From the NCBI RefSeq assembly GCF_000150275.1, contig NW_002060952.1, positions 2,351,128 to 2,415,127 of the forward strand: DNA of 64,000 bases, given 5' to 3'. This document shows, in pieces, positions 26,255-41,526 of the stretch. Both the position numbers and the translations under genes were made by a program. Under the pieces are notes generated by a model, which had not been told where the DNA came from, ran no database searches, and was given only the letters and a program-made list of their open reading frames with translations. Numbering within the stretch: the stretch's first letter is position 1; each line of letters starts with the position of its first letter. The stretch comes from Trichoplax adhaerens. Its lineage: Eukaryota; Animalia; Placozoa.

Positions 26255-29200
26255 ATGAAAGCAAGTCAAACTGCTCCTTTTGGGACCGACCATACACCAC
26301 CGATACAAACTAAAATCATTGGTAGTAAACAGGTGGATTTTATCGATTATGATTCTATTAATAAAGCAAATCAAAAAGCTGATTTGACTGCATTATCATC
26401 ACCACCACTTCTGAAGAAAAATTTAAAGCAGGATAACAGCAATACTTATCAAAAGAATCTAGCCAGAACTGGTATTAATTTAAGCCCGGCAGGATCAGAG
26501 CATTTCCTTTCCCCTCCAACTAAAAGACAGCAAGCCATTTTAAATGAAATAAAAGATCAAAATCAGAGCCAAAATACAAAAGTCAGCCCACAGCAAACTT
26601 TATCAAGCGATCTTGCTACTGGAATTACCTCAAAAGCTACAGCTTATTGCGATGATGGGACAAAAGATTATTTTAACCAAGGCAGCCCAACATTGAAAAA
26701 GTCGACATTAGATACATTAGATAAATTAACAAGTCCTACTTTAGATAAAAGTAACGATTCTAAATTGTTGTTCAATGATCGAACTTTAAACGAATTAAAA
26801 CTATCGCGTAGTTTACCACTAAATTTGTCGATAGCTAATAACAATGAAGAAGAGAAAAGTGGCCGACACGGGCATACTCGAGCCAGTACTGATCATCGAG
26901 TCTTCGGTAAAAATCGAGATAGTCCCAATTTAACCAATCAAAGCCCATTACTAGATCAAGGGATGCCAAATTTAATGCAAAATGAGAAAGCAATTCGCAA
27001 TATTTTACCACCTATTGCCATCTCAGATGATCAGTTAGGCAAAAAATTTCACCAACAATTACAAAATTTCGATCGTAGTAAATATAAGTATATCTATAAT
27101 ACAATAGCGATGATGGATAAAGGATCAACAAATTGCATAAGTCGTGACGAACTGATGGAAATATGTCGACTCTATCAGATCCCAATTAAGGATGATGAAT
27201 TAAATCAGTTATTTACGTACTTTCAAGATCCTCAAAATCCTAAATATGCCTATTACGCAGAAATATTAAAATTTATGAATGCTGCACAAGAAGGCGATTT
27301 CCAAAATACACGTTTAACTTCTCATCCATCACCATCGATCGGGAAAAAACACCACGAGGATCAAGCATTATCTAACCAAGAAAGTAAAACTTTTTCGTTA
27401 TTCCATGATCGACAAGATGCAAAATTAATTCAATCCTTACAGAAAGAGTTTCTATCATCCAAAACTCAAATTGAATTAAAGGGGTTGATACAAGCCTTCC
27501 AAGAAATTAACAACAGCAACATTTCCATCAATATGGTAAATTTATAATTAAGAATACAATATTAACCCTATGAAAACATGTTGCTCTAACTTATAGCGTA
27601 ATTGTTATGGTTTAGAATGTGGTAGGTTGAGTATTTGCGTGTTTCTATAGGTCAAAATATGATATCTTGGTATATATTCTTAATCTATTCAAGTTACGGT
27701 ACTTTACAGGTTATAAATTGGTAATTTTATAAATACCTAAAAATCAAAGTATTTCTATATCTAAATTTAATTATAGACTTTCTCATAATGTTCATAAGGA
27801 GATACATTAAGCACGAAATTTATTCTCTAATAGTTCAGATAACATCAGAATACATGGTAGGCAACTTTATCTTAAAACATCTATGTTATAGATTATCCAG
27901 ATAGTCTATATTTTAGCACAGTAAGTAATAAATTTGATCTAACAGTATGACGTAGTATGTAGTAAAGAACTATGGGCGTAGAATAATTGGTTTAACCTAA
28001 TAAGAAAATTGCAGATTGTAGTTGATATAATGTAAGGGTCTAAAACCTACTCATAAAATGGCCTACAAAGAAAGAAATATTTTAAGTAAGATCTCGATCT
28101 GTTACAGATTATTTCAAGTAGTTTAGTTATCCCATGATAGACTTTATTTAGTAATCTCAACATGAGGAATCGATTAGTTTTCTTTTTCGTATTTTTGGAA
28201 ATAATTTCTTAACTTTATAGACTGGTACTCTTATCAAAGTAGACATAGTATCTACAATTATTTAAAAATTGCAGTTTATTAGTCATTGTCACAAAACAGC
28301 TTTGCAACAAGATAACGCAATATACGATCAATAAGTCAATTCCTTGAACCACGTATCAAGGAACGATATCTGCACTATCACAAACACTTTTGCTCTACTA
28401 GCAGACTACACAAAGACTTAAACGCCTCGTATTTTACGTTAAACACTAAGTTGGAGAAATTCTTCTTTATTTCACGATATACTGCATTTATATACTATTC
28501 CTCAATAGTTCATGAGTCATAGTTAATACAATTAACATTAGAATCATTTACTGAATTAGATATTAATTTTAGCTACTGCTCCCTTAATGCAGACAACAGA
28601 ATTTACGAACATAGACATATAATGACTAATACAGAATAGTCAGATTACGATATGTCCTATCACGGAACATTTCCATGATAATTTACAGTCTACCATAAGT
28701 AAATTACAATCACAATGATTGGAACTGTAAGCAGATGATTTGCATTCCCTATTATAACTATTAATTTCAGTATGTGTATAAGTGTCACTGTCATAAAAAG
28801 TCAGTGCTATATTAAAATACAGTATATCCGAATTAGAGGTTAACTAAATAAGGATAGTCTAACAGAATTATCCTAACATAGTTATTTCTACTGTAATACA
28901 GTATTTAACACTGTAACAGTCATACTTAAAATTATTAAACTAGTTCAAGAGAGAACAAAGTGTTACATTATACAGTATATTTAAATTTATGACGAACAAT
29001 ATATAGCTATAAAGCATATATCTTATACATGGATATATATATATGCGATACACATTATATATACTATATATATACCTACATGTGCATACATTATGTATAA
29101 AACAAAATGCTTCAGATTGTACATTCGTAATCTAATTTTTATGAGTATGCTGCTGCAGGTGAAAGAGATCTGTAATCGTCATCATTTGCCCCTATCTGAT

Positions 29201-32200
29201 TCTATATTGAATGCTTTGATAGAGCGATGTCAAAATGAAGATCAAGGATTTAAGTGAGAACTCTAGTGTTTATTGATAATATTGCCATTGATACATTGCT
29301 ACATTAAAACTTAGAATGCTATGAAATTGTCTTACAAATCCAGCATCAGAATCTATCAAATATAATATAGATTATTTAATTTTGAAACAGTCAGAATAAT
29401 CTGCAATTGGAATAGCATTTCAGCTTGCAAACATTAATCTCTATATTTGAAAAGTGTTCATATATAAAGAGTTATTATTAAGACTTATTTAATGTGGCAG
29501 TGATTAACTTCAAATGGTAGTAAAATGGCCTAGACGGAATATTTTTTTACGTTGCAGTTAAAATTTATGTCTGATATTAACTTCATTTCTATCGTTAGTT
29601 CCTCCGCATTTCTTCTTTTTCTTGAACGAGCTCAGCCTTTTCCCCTTCTTGACTCACCAAATCGTGTCAAAGACATTACAAATATTAAGTCCTTAGCAAG
29701 TCAAGGTATAGGAAAACCAATGTTGGAAAACAAATTTTCATCCTCATCTAACCAAGATATGCCAGATTACGTTAAAAATGATCAAATTCGATGGCAGAAA
29801 GATGTGCTGGTCAAGTTAGATAGTATCAGCAAAGAACAAGAGGTATTTCTCGATAAATTACCTTACATTCATTCTAGATTATTTACTCATACATTTTTAA
29901 CCCAATGATTACTGCAAAAATGTGATTTCGTATTAGCATATGAGATCAAGAAATAGATTTCTGTATTTATTGTTATAGCAATTATTAATACATCCTTACG
30001 ACACCACTTTATTACTATCAACAAAGAAATAGAATTATGGTTCATAAATTTTATAATTTGAGTCACCAGGGAATCCTCTATCAATAGGATCTAACAGGCA
30101 AATATTAAGCAAATACTATAAAGTTTAATGAGAAAAATTAGTTAATACTGTTATGAAACTGATAGAGACAGCAGCATTGAAGGGCTATCATCTATTATTT
30201 ATTCAATTCGACAAAATTATAGAGATAGAAATAAGAGCACTGGTTGTCCTGCTTATAGTTTTAGTCATCTTTTCAAACATCGACTAGATTTAGAAATATG
30301 AATTGCTAAGATGTTGCTGATCGTTCATTCGTATCTTTATAAAAGTATTAATAAACTATATCATATACTTTTCCCGCGTTATCACTTTCAATCATCGTAC
30401 CCTACCGCCATTAAAATTAAATACTATAAATATTACAAGTATGATGACGATAATTTCAATAACTTCAATCGTTTTTTTACCATCTCCTCCATACGAAGCT
30501 AAAAGATATCAATTTTTAACCTTTCATTCCACTCTGTTTTCTGCATTTTAAGTCGTGCTGGTCATTACGTTAAAAGCTGTATTGTTATGTGAAATAAAAT
30601 CAGTCGATGTAGCATCAAAGCATCTTCTAGAGATTATTGTACGGTGGTTAACGTTTCTATCATATCAAAATATTTCAACAGATGTTTCTGCATACTGATA
30701 TTCAAACACAAACTTTTCGCCTTTCCTTCTTAACATTTCAAACGTATTAACTAAAACATTGGATTGTATAGCTACACAATTTCATTATGATTTCTAAATA
30801 TAGGAAACGCTGAACATTAGCAAATATATCCTATAATAAGTATTTACAGTAATCGCCTTACTGTAAAATCATTTTCAATAGTAATCTTCTTATAATGCTA
30901 AGGAGATTCACAGAACGGAATAAAAAACTAAAGACTGCAGTCTATTTTTAGGTGATTTAAGGAATATTTCTTTCATATAGTAATAATAAGATATACCGGA
31001 TATAAGCTTTCATTATTATGTTTATTCCGGTATTTTATGCTATTTTTACTTTCAAACAATTACGGATAATCTACTCAAAACAGAGCCGATAGATGTATTT
31101 TACTCAGCTAAACAATTAAGACAAAAATATTAAAATGACATGTTATATCCAGCGTATTTACGTTTTGATACTTCCTGGAATTTGAGGAAGTTAATGAATT
31201 ATAAATCTAGATTGTTTTCATGATAAAAATTAGATTTAAAAATCTGGTAGACATTAATAATCATATTAATAGCATTGTCAATTTCATGAGTATAAATACA
31301 GTAGAATAACATTTTCATTTTGACTGCATAAATGAATGTAGATATAAGTCGTATTATCTCAAAACCTAATAATAAGATTAAATTATCATCTATTATTCAA
31401 TTTATTACGCATACAATCGTTTATGGATAACGCTATACTTTAGTTAACATTGGAAATAAGTATGGTAGGCTTCATGCAGCCGCTGTTATTGGTAACTTTG
31501 GCAGCCTGAGTAGTTTACAAACGATCCTATTTTATTAGCACTATTTCATAAATATTTAATTTAAAATAAACCCAAGAGCAAATTGAGTTCATCTATATAC
31601 ACCTGTAGTGATATTCTGACAATAACGTTACATAATTCCTGTCTGAAGACCATGCATGTAATAAGAAAATTACAAGATATAATAAAGTATACTTTATATG
31701 TAGCTTTATACACATATAACAAGAAAATAAAGACGTACTAACGAGATAATAAACTAAGAGAACATCAGTTGAGATCATCTATTTTCATAAGGAATTTGTA
31801 AGATGTAACAACTTTACTATCGTATGTAATTATATTGAAGAAAAGAAGTGAAGGTATACTGCACTCAACACGGTTATTTTGCTTTACCATTAAACGTCTA
31901 AAATACTGTGTATAGACTCTGAATACGTAATTTTGAATTATACACAATTGAATGGAAAAGTTATATTCGCTTATAATCTAAGAAATCTCTGAGCTATGCC
32001 ACTCCTACAAGCTTTCCTTTCTTTGCACTTGCCATGCTCAAAAAGTTTTTACCACTAATCATGCATTTCTAATGCGTAACTTAATCTAAAATTTACTTGT
32101 TTATGCTTACAATTAATCCGTTAAAACCTTTTGATAATTGTAGTATTAATGCCCCAGTTATAATTTGTTGGTGACGAACCAATTCTTTAGAATATTCTCC

Positions 32201-33204
32201 ATCACAAATAAATATTATTTCACATATGCTGCTCTAGCTCAAAAAATAGTCAACATCTATATAATCTATTATTTTTTTCTATTGATATTAATATTATATT
32301 GAGGTCAGTTTCTATTGGATAAAAGTTTAAGTTCAGGGTCTGCTCTATTTATATCTGTTTATATCAGTAATAAAGTACTAGCATGTCTTGATTACGATTG
32401 TTCAATTATAGAAATCAAAATGAGTTAAAGAACAGTTTAGCTAGCGGAAAGATTATTTCGACGCAATAACTAATTATTCCTTTTTATAATCAAGAATAGA
32501 ATGAAATCAATTCGCTAATGTTTATTTACATACATTATTTACATGACGATATTTTCTCCATTTTATATACATAGAGAATTATACTACATAATAACACCGT
32601 TGTATCTATTATAAAATTAATAGAATTATGAATAACAAGTACAGCAGACAATAATTCGATTATATTCGTATTAAAAATATCTTTGTTCACGAATACCAAA
32701 TTTTCATTCTTCACTTTGGAACGTAATAAATGTGCCAGATGTTAAGAAATCGTCAAGAACAGTTAGAGAACAAGCAACCGTTAAATCAGCGTGTAGATTT
32801 AAATAAAATAGAATGCATCGAAGACGTCCCCTGGATTGATCGATATATGGAACTAGCTATAGCACTCGATGCTGCCGATATTAATAATAAAGGTAAAATA
32901 AGTTAACCGTTATATCTTTGTGATAATTACAATAGCTGCATAGTTACAAAAGACTTATTAATACTATCTCATACTCACCGCTATTTTAGTAAGATTAATG
33001 AACATGTTTTGGATTTGTTTTCTAGGTATAATTAGTAAGACCGAAGCTATGCATTTAATAAACAAGTACAATGTCAGTCATAAATTAAACTATGACGATA
33101 AAATTATTTTATCAGCAATTGATAATTCGCTGCAACCAGAAAATAATAAGCATATTTGCATTGGAAATTTATTAGAAGAATTAAATATATCAAGTCAAAA
33201 TTAG
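26255..33204 (+). CDS. C1orf87: C1orf87-like protein with degenerate EF-hand pairs and a long disordered N-terminus (5 coding exons)
   Basis: Exons 26255-27535, 29159-29253, 29599-29842, 32739-32892, 33026-33204 with matching phases, and an in-frame stop upstream of ATG 26255. EF-like loops MDKGSTNCISRDELMEICRLYQIPI and ADINNKGIISKTEAMHLI. The C-terminal WIDRYMELAIALDAAD...LINKYNVSHKL resembles the vertebrate C1orf87 C-terminus as I recall it (not searched). Confidence 0.78.
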
Positions 33205-36200
33205 ACAATTTTAAATCTAGTACCAATCAATATCTTCAATATAAGTCCATGATCACTTCTCCACTATCACGATACTATAATCTTATATTGCTTCGCATTG
33301 GAATAAGTTGAAAGATTTTGTTCGTCATTATGACTATTAAATTTTCCTTTATAGCATTTGAGATTCTTATATAATGATGGTAATGCTAACAACTTTCAAT
33401 CTATACTGAACTGTCATTCTTATTCTATTGAATGGTATTTCACTAATTTAATTCATATATTCTAGCTTTCGTTAATTTTCTTAATATGTTGTAAACACTC
33501 GATGAAATGGCGAGAGTTTGTCAATAATTAGGAAAATAGCTAGTCTGCACTATCGAATTTTAATACGTATATAAATATATAATAACAATTAATACTATTT
33601 AAGCTTACGTAATATCAACAATTTGATTACAACATACGCCATTTTTCTGTCGTACAGTACCTTATCAGTAAGTATTTAACAACGCTATTACATCTTGCGA
33701 CATTATTCTAATAAAGCTGCAGTGTTCTATCGAAATAATAGTTGGTATTCCAGTTCTATATTCTACAACATTTAATTTAGTATTAAGTATTAACGGGTAT
33801 TTGCCTTTCAAGTTTCTTTATTTAAGTATTAATTTAAAGTTTACATTATCACAAAATGTAATTATTTAAAACTGTCTTAATTCACTGTTGCTGTATTCAC
33901 TAAATTCAATAAAAAGTTCTGCTGGAATTATTGATATTGTGTATCGCTTAATCGCTACGTTTCACTAATAAATTTTATCAATTAGCATTATAGGACTTTA
34001 CGGTCAGGATAGTAGAGCACCTATTATAATTATTACCTAAATAAATTTTTTTTAAATTTAAAAAGGTAATCCTAAACGATTTTATTGCCATTAATGATTT
34101 GCTTAAAAATATCTCTTGATTTTACTACCACAGAATAAGAATCAAGCAAGAACAAAGATTATTTCTCTATGGTTTATTTCTTTAAGGAAAAGACAATTAA
34201 GATCTCCCAGAACCAATACGCACAGATAGCCTATTTATCGAGCCTCACGTTTTTGACCATTTGCTGCCTAATAATTGTAGATTTTTTTCTGACAACAGCG
34301 CCATATATACGCGTATTTATACACGAGCTTAAGATACTCGTTTATAACTAATGAACCTAAATCAAATCGCAATCTAAATTCATTAAATCGTTTCAATATA
34401 CAGTTCATAAATTTAAAATTTTACAGAAGTCGGAATACACATCAATCGGTTATTGCAATTAAGCCTCTATATCATTGTTGTTTGCACAACGATATGTACC
34501 TTCAATGTATGGATGTACGGCCTATTTACAATTTTAATTAACTTATTATATGAATTATCAATTAAACTACCGTATTCTATCCCCATTTATGCATGATCTG
34601 AATGTACAGCTCAGTAGTATTGTAAATTGCCGTATATAACTCGATTCTATCCGATTTATAACATGCGTTAATTTTAGTCTAATTATCGATACATAGTACG
34701 TATAATAAAAATTATCACTCAAAAATATATTAACCTCACTAAAGATATCATTTTTAGAATTATTACGTAAATTAAATCTTAATTTCATAAATTGATTACG
34801 CACAATAAAAGTTAGTGAGTCCAAAGACTGCTAAAAGTAGCTATGCATTTACCAGAATTTTCGTACATATACTTATGTTCTTACATTGCTAGTTCAAATA
34901 ATTTTTCACAATTATGGGTAATTTTAAGAAAATGCAACATGAATACATTCTGATCATTAATTATCAAATATATAAATACTCTTTTAAGTATTGGAATAGA
35001 AATACTTACGACTGTAGCTTATGACCAAAAATCATTTCCTATTCAGCTTGTATAAAAGTCAATAAGAAATAATTATAGTATACTGGTAGAATCCGAAAAA
35101 AAATTTCGCTGACTACAGTCCTAGTCAATCTATCATTACCCCTGAATTGTTGCTGTTTCATATAATAGGTTTACATTGAAATTGGATAAGTAAGCTGAGC
35201 ATAATATTATTTTATTGGCACAGATATGGAATTCCTTGCAAATTGGTAGACAGTGTGAAATAGGAATTAAATTTACTCAATTTGAATTATGTTAAATATT
35301 TAATTACCAGTTTCTAACATTAATACGGTTATTTTAATAGAAATAACATACAGTAAGAATTAATTTAATAGAAAATAAAAACAGATTATGTTGATTTTTA
35401 AATATTTAATATTAAATTACATAAGGTTCTGAAAATATTTTCTACTTGGCATCTTAGTTTTGTTACTGCTCCACTATAAAAACGTACAGTACAATTATCA
35501 TGCGGATCCACATGACGATTTTTAGAGTCAGGTTATTTCTAATCCAAGATTTAAAGGTTAGCATAAACCATCCCTTCTTTTAATTGACGTGGCATATTAC
35601 AATAGGCTTCGCTTTATTTCTTAGATTGGTGAATCAAGCTGATGCATATTGTATTGCATATATTAGACCGCCAACCTGTTCTATTCTCTATTCTAAATTA
35701 AATGCATATATAATGATGTCATTCATTACTCTTATAGCCGATATTTAAAATAAGACAAGGGTTATATGATTGTAGCTCAGAATAACATGTTGTTTATGTC
35801 TTTATTTTACTAAAACACAGCACGAGTGTAAGCTACTGACTGGTTGTACGCTTCAGTCATTGGTAAAAATAAAAAAGACAACATCAAAACCAAAAACATT
35901 ATGACGTCTAACGTCTACTTATTCATCATATGGCGCAAGAACAAGACGCTGACTAAATGTATCCAGCAGTACTAGGTAACAAAGAAGACGGAAAGGTTTT
36001 TCGTTATAATTATTTCATATACTAGGCAATATAAACTGAATTCTTCTAATTAATTAGTGTCGTCTTTCGGCAATTGATAGATAAGCTATCTGGTACATTT
36101 ACTATTAAGTTGATAAAATGATGCTCATAAATGAATAATATGCGGTATTTTTTATCGTATGGAGTATAATATCCTAGATAAAATGCCGCCGCATATGTCC

Positions 36201-37294
36201 TAAGTAAGATAAGTATCTCATATCTTTAAGTAAACTATACAGTTCTGACAGCAATTTAAGTTGATAATAGAATTCAAACCCTTCTACATTCCTAGATTAA
36301 GTTGCTGTGAGATAATTCTCTATCGCATTAGTTAATCATGGGACTAATAATCCTAGCGTCAAGATACTGAAACGTTGTTTTGATACAATATTACTGAGAG
36401 GATTACTCATACATTTACATTGAATTACTATCTTTTAATATGATAGGTAGCATTGCCTTTTAGTCGCTCGTCTGTATGTAGGTGTATTTATTTAAGTTAT
36501 CATCTGTCAGTAAGAAAGCAGAAATGTTTCATATTAGTCAAACATGTACGAGTTAAACTAAATAGCCGAAATGGTTTGATAACAACTTAATTTTATATCA
36601 TACCTGTATTTTGATGCTAGTACTCGTCGCTGTCTTGATATTACTAATGGTTATAGATGACCAAGGTGCTTTAATACGTGCAAAATTTAGACCTAGTCTG
36701 TACGGTTACATCTGATGTTAGTCGCTTTATTACGATTATTAGATTGTTATAGGAAGAGAAAGTTGTGCTTTTTCTTTGTTTAGTCTACTAATAGTATAGG
36801 ATTAGAATAGAGCTATTTAATATTTAGTATATTGATTTAATATTTTGTTATATTATTTAATTGGTTTGGCTGTTAGACTAGTTGATTTTTATCGTCGTTT
36901 CCTGATAATACTTTATATCGTACAGATTCGCTATAAAACTGATACAACTTAAGTTGCATATTAAGTTAAGGAAGGAATTCTTATTTAAACCCTATTCTGT
37001 ATATCCGTAATTAATATTTTGTTGCGCCATCGTTTTACTTATATAGCCATCCTAGATTGTTTCTACGCGTACATATAAACAATTCTGTTATACCCTGTGG
37101 TTATATACACCGGCTATATTTCTCTACTTTACCATTAAACTACAGTAGCTGACTATCACGTATGTACGCTTAATTACTGTATAGCGTGATACCTTTTCTT
37201 TACGCACATATCATGCATACTTGTAGCTAATAATTCACCTATAGCATCTATTCATCTTGTTAATTTTTATTTGCGGAGCTTCCTCATTAAACTA

Positions 37295-38290
37295 AAATGA
37301 CCCAGGAAAATAACAGAATACTTTCGATCGTATTGTATATATACATATACCGGTAGCGAATATTATAATTGCTTCCCCATTAAACTTCTAAACTACGTAA
37401 AGCAACAGTATGCTAACCGCAATAATGATTGCACAATGCATATATACAGGTACACATATATTGATGCATTCTGGTAACGAAGATTTTGCTTCTTGTCCAT
37501 TCAACTTCGACAGTCTTGAAAAGTAACAGAATACTTTAGACTCCAATATTGTATCTGTTAGTAGCTTTGAATGTTTTATTGCTTCCTCGTTAAACTTCTA
37601 TAAATACGAAAAGTAACAGAATGCTTCAACTGTAATAATGATTGTATAATATATATATATATATACGGGTATACATATATTCGTATATACTGACAAGGAA
37701 TATTTCGCCACTTGCTCATTCAACATAGTCATCAAAAGTAACAAGATATACTTAAGACTCCTAGATTGTATCTGCTAGTGGCGTAGAACATTTTTATTGC
37801 TTCCTCATTAAACTTTTACGACTACGAAAGTAACAGAGTACTTAAACTGTAGTATTGACTATACTCGTATAATGTATGTATACGAGTATTAGTATATATT
37901 TTGCTACTTGCTTATTCAACCTGGACAGGCATTCAAAGTAACAAGATGCTCCAGACTCATTTCAACTTTTATAACTACGAAAAGTAACAGGATACTTAAA
38001 ACTGTAATATTAACTATATCGTATACGCGTATTCGTATATATTAACAATAAATATTTCGCTACATGCTCATTTAACTTAGTTAGGCATAAAAAGTAACAA
38101 GGTACTTAGACTACAATATTGCGTCTATCAGTAGGTTAGAATATTTTTATTATTTCCTGGCCCTAGCATAAACTGATATAACAAATGTTTCGTTACATAC
38201 ATTCAATTTAGACAGTCATAAAAAATAGCAAAATGTTTTAGATTCCAATATTCTATCTGTCAATAGCTAAATTTTATTGTTTTTTAATTA
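37295..38290. repeat. Degenerate tandem array, ~215-245 bp composite unit with AAAGTAACA(G/A) sub-repeats
   Basis: AAAGTAACAG/A-like motif at ~37310, 37400, 37520, 37610, 37735, 37827, 37936, 37981 and 38092; TTGCTTCCTC(A/G)TTAAACTT repeated; TA-rich variable cores. Confidence 0.88.
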
Positions 38291-41200
38291 GATGTTAACA
38301 TTGTGAATTTCAACTTCATCTATCGACAAAATGGAACAAAATCACTTAGAACTACATTCATATTATAACATGTTCTTGATTGATGATTCAACTAGCATCG
38401 TTATGTGCTACTTTATGTCGGTCGTAGGTTCATTATAAAGCTGATTTAACTATCAAGAGTAAGGATAGCGCATTAAATATCCAATTTGTATACAGTAGAA
38501 AAAAATAAAGCTTAGATTCCATTATCACCTTTAATCATGGTAGGCAGCCATGCCCTTTATGCTCATTCTAAAGTCAATCTCCTGTGAATAGATGATGTTG
38601 ATTTTGTCTTGTATACTGTCCCCAATTATTTCTTTGATTGATTTGTCTATTTAAATTGTTATTGGTAGATAATAAGAGGTAGAGATGATAGGATTAGAAT
38701 CCGCCATTGTTATGATGATGTTGAAATATTGTCTAATTCTTCATCTTATGACAACTGTGTCCAGCTTGTGAAGGAAGATTAGAATACAATCGTGAACATG
38801 CAATATGGTCCTCCCATAGTACTATCATAGGGAGAGAGTTGGCTAGTTCAAGCTATTCTAGTTGGAGAAAAAATGCAATTGCATTGTTGTATATTGATTT
38901 AAGTGATTGTCATGAAAATGAGATCATCAGCGATAGATTAATACGGGCTAGCATAAATTAATATTATTCATGTGGTTAATATCAAGAAAATCTATCAACT
39001 TAGAATGAAAGGAGAAAAAATAATAATTTATTGACGTTGCATTGATCCAGTAAGCTCCTTTCTGTCTATTAATAAAGACAAGTACCATTAAGTCTATACG
39101 GTTATCATCATGATGATAGTAATGAAAATGTCCATTTTTTATTATTTTTTTTCTCCTCTTCCCTACCCCCTTCTTTTCATCTATTTTATTCATTAATTGT
39201 TGCCAGATGATCAAAAGCCATTATTATTATCCTTTGACATTATAGATTCTTGTTCAATAGCACCCAAAGAACAAGTATTTTATATCTAACTTGATAGTTT
39301 TAATAGGATAAAAGTCCAACGACTTCGTCACTAGCAAACAATTTGTTTTCATCTCTCACTTTCGTCATTATCATACTTTGATACAAGTGGCCAAGATCTA
39401 ATCTACTGTCAATAAAATAATGTAAAATTAATATCCGACTTCATAGTCTATTTTTTTCTTTTATACTAGCCATCATTATTGTTACTTTAAGTATACTTTT
39501 TCTATATACATTCATATCTATTATTTGTTCACAGTTGCAGGCATTTCCTGAGTCTATCCAGGCGTCCATATTAGCTGTATGCGCGCTAATCGATCCCACA
39601 CCTTCGTCGACTAGCATAACATCCAACTTCAATTAACTCATCAATTGATCTACATTCTAGCCATTTCCATTGCATCTAACTGACAAGTCTACTCCTGTTT
39701 TACTCTATCTATATCCTACATCAAGTTTTTAATAAGAAGATTTCAATTTGGCCAATTAATAATTCCATTAAACAAGCATCATTGATGTGTTATTGAGCTG
39801 TTAAAGGCCAACATGTCGTATTGAAAGCAGGTTGATAAATATAAACAACGATTCATGACTTGGACTACTTTTTCTTCCTCCTTTTTGCCATTATAAAATT
39901 GATTCATGACTTGTTGGATAGATAAAGACGATAAGGTAAGCAGCTACCTATCTTAGCTTTTAATTTTGCTATGGACATGGATTAAATTTATTCTTAATGT
40001 TGCCATCTTAGACATGAATAACGTACTTGAATTGTACTCGCATACTATCTATAGTTGAGACGATGAGGAAGAGAATCAACATGATCTATCATCTTCCTTG
40101 CTAATCCGTCGTCTTCCTTACTTCTCTTCAACCTGATGAATAATTTTTTTTCTACAATTACTATCTATCCTATCCACTAGTCAGGATATATTGACAAAGC
40201 AGATATAAGCAGTACCCTTGCCACAAGCAATATTATGGGATCATTTGTATCTTTAATTATTCTACGTCTATAACACGAGCAAATAGGATGCTGAGGATAG
40301 ATCATCATAATTGCTGATTCTATTTCCTGTCCCTGAATAACATCTCATTTTACTAATTCTTTATTTATAAACTAGAATCCGTAGTTTATTTGATAGAAAA
40401 AATCTATACTATTTTCAAGTAGTAATCCTATCCGATGGAGGGCTACGGTGTTTACATGGTTAAAAGGCTTGGCTATTCAGGAATAAGGGATATGATAGCA
40501 TCAGGATGGCCTTTAAAATGATGATTGTGCTATGAGCTAGTAATAAGACAACACTATTTCTATCGTTAAAATAACAGTTTTAATAGCTTGTTTACCTCAT
40601 ATAGAAATATAAAGTGATTATTTACCATACTATAAGCGGCCTGCCTAAATCATATTAGTAACAAATTAGTCATGTTACAAGGTTCAATTCGATCTATATG
40701 CATAGAATATGGACAGAGAAAGTCGTGACAACGATCACGTATCTTCTAGGCAATTTTGATTAACATCAAAATATTGCTTTCGATCATCAAGCAAATAGAA
40801 CTTTCATCCATTCTAGCCGTTGGAAATAAAAAATGATTCATGCATTTTCTGAGAAACTACAAAAAGATTGTCAAAATAAATAATCTAGGTGGGAAATAGA
40901 CCGCAATTAGATTATCCTACGTCCATAAAATTATGGAGAAAGAATGCTTGAGATGTCAATCAGTCATTATGAAGTAATTGAACAACATTTGGCCATTTCT
41001 ATCCCTTAATCATTCTAACAAGCTGGTAATCATCCTCATAATTTGTTACCCTTTTTAGGGAAATGGTACAGATTCTTTAGCCTATGTACTGTATAAATTG
41101 ATCTATAATATCGATAGCAGTCTAAGTATTTCATTCTGGTCATGAAACAGCATTGGGCATTTCCTATTGCTCAATTATCCCAACGTGAGCCTATCTGTCA

Positions 41201-41526
41201 AATAGGATGGTAATAATTATAATAATTCGTGTTACCTTCAAGCAATGAAGGAAAATAGTTGTCTTTGTCGAAATAGGAAGCTATTTCTACTTAGATCAAT
41301 CTATGTATCTAGCAATCATTCTAACTAATAATTCAAGTTGCCCTGAAGGAAGTCAGAAAAATATTGCAGTTCTTTTCGTCCAAATAAGAATCTATCTTGG
41401 TTTGAAACAGTTCATGCATTTAAAAAGATGTTATGAAAGATTTCAGACGCAATAAGTTGTTCATCTTCTATCGGAGTTTACGCTTTAAAACCTTTTAATC
41501 CTTTCGACTTTACTATTTTTGATTTA

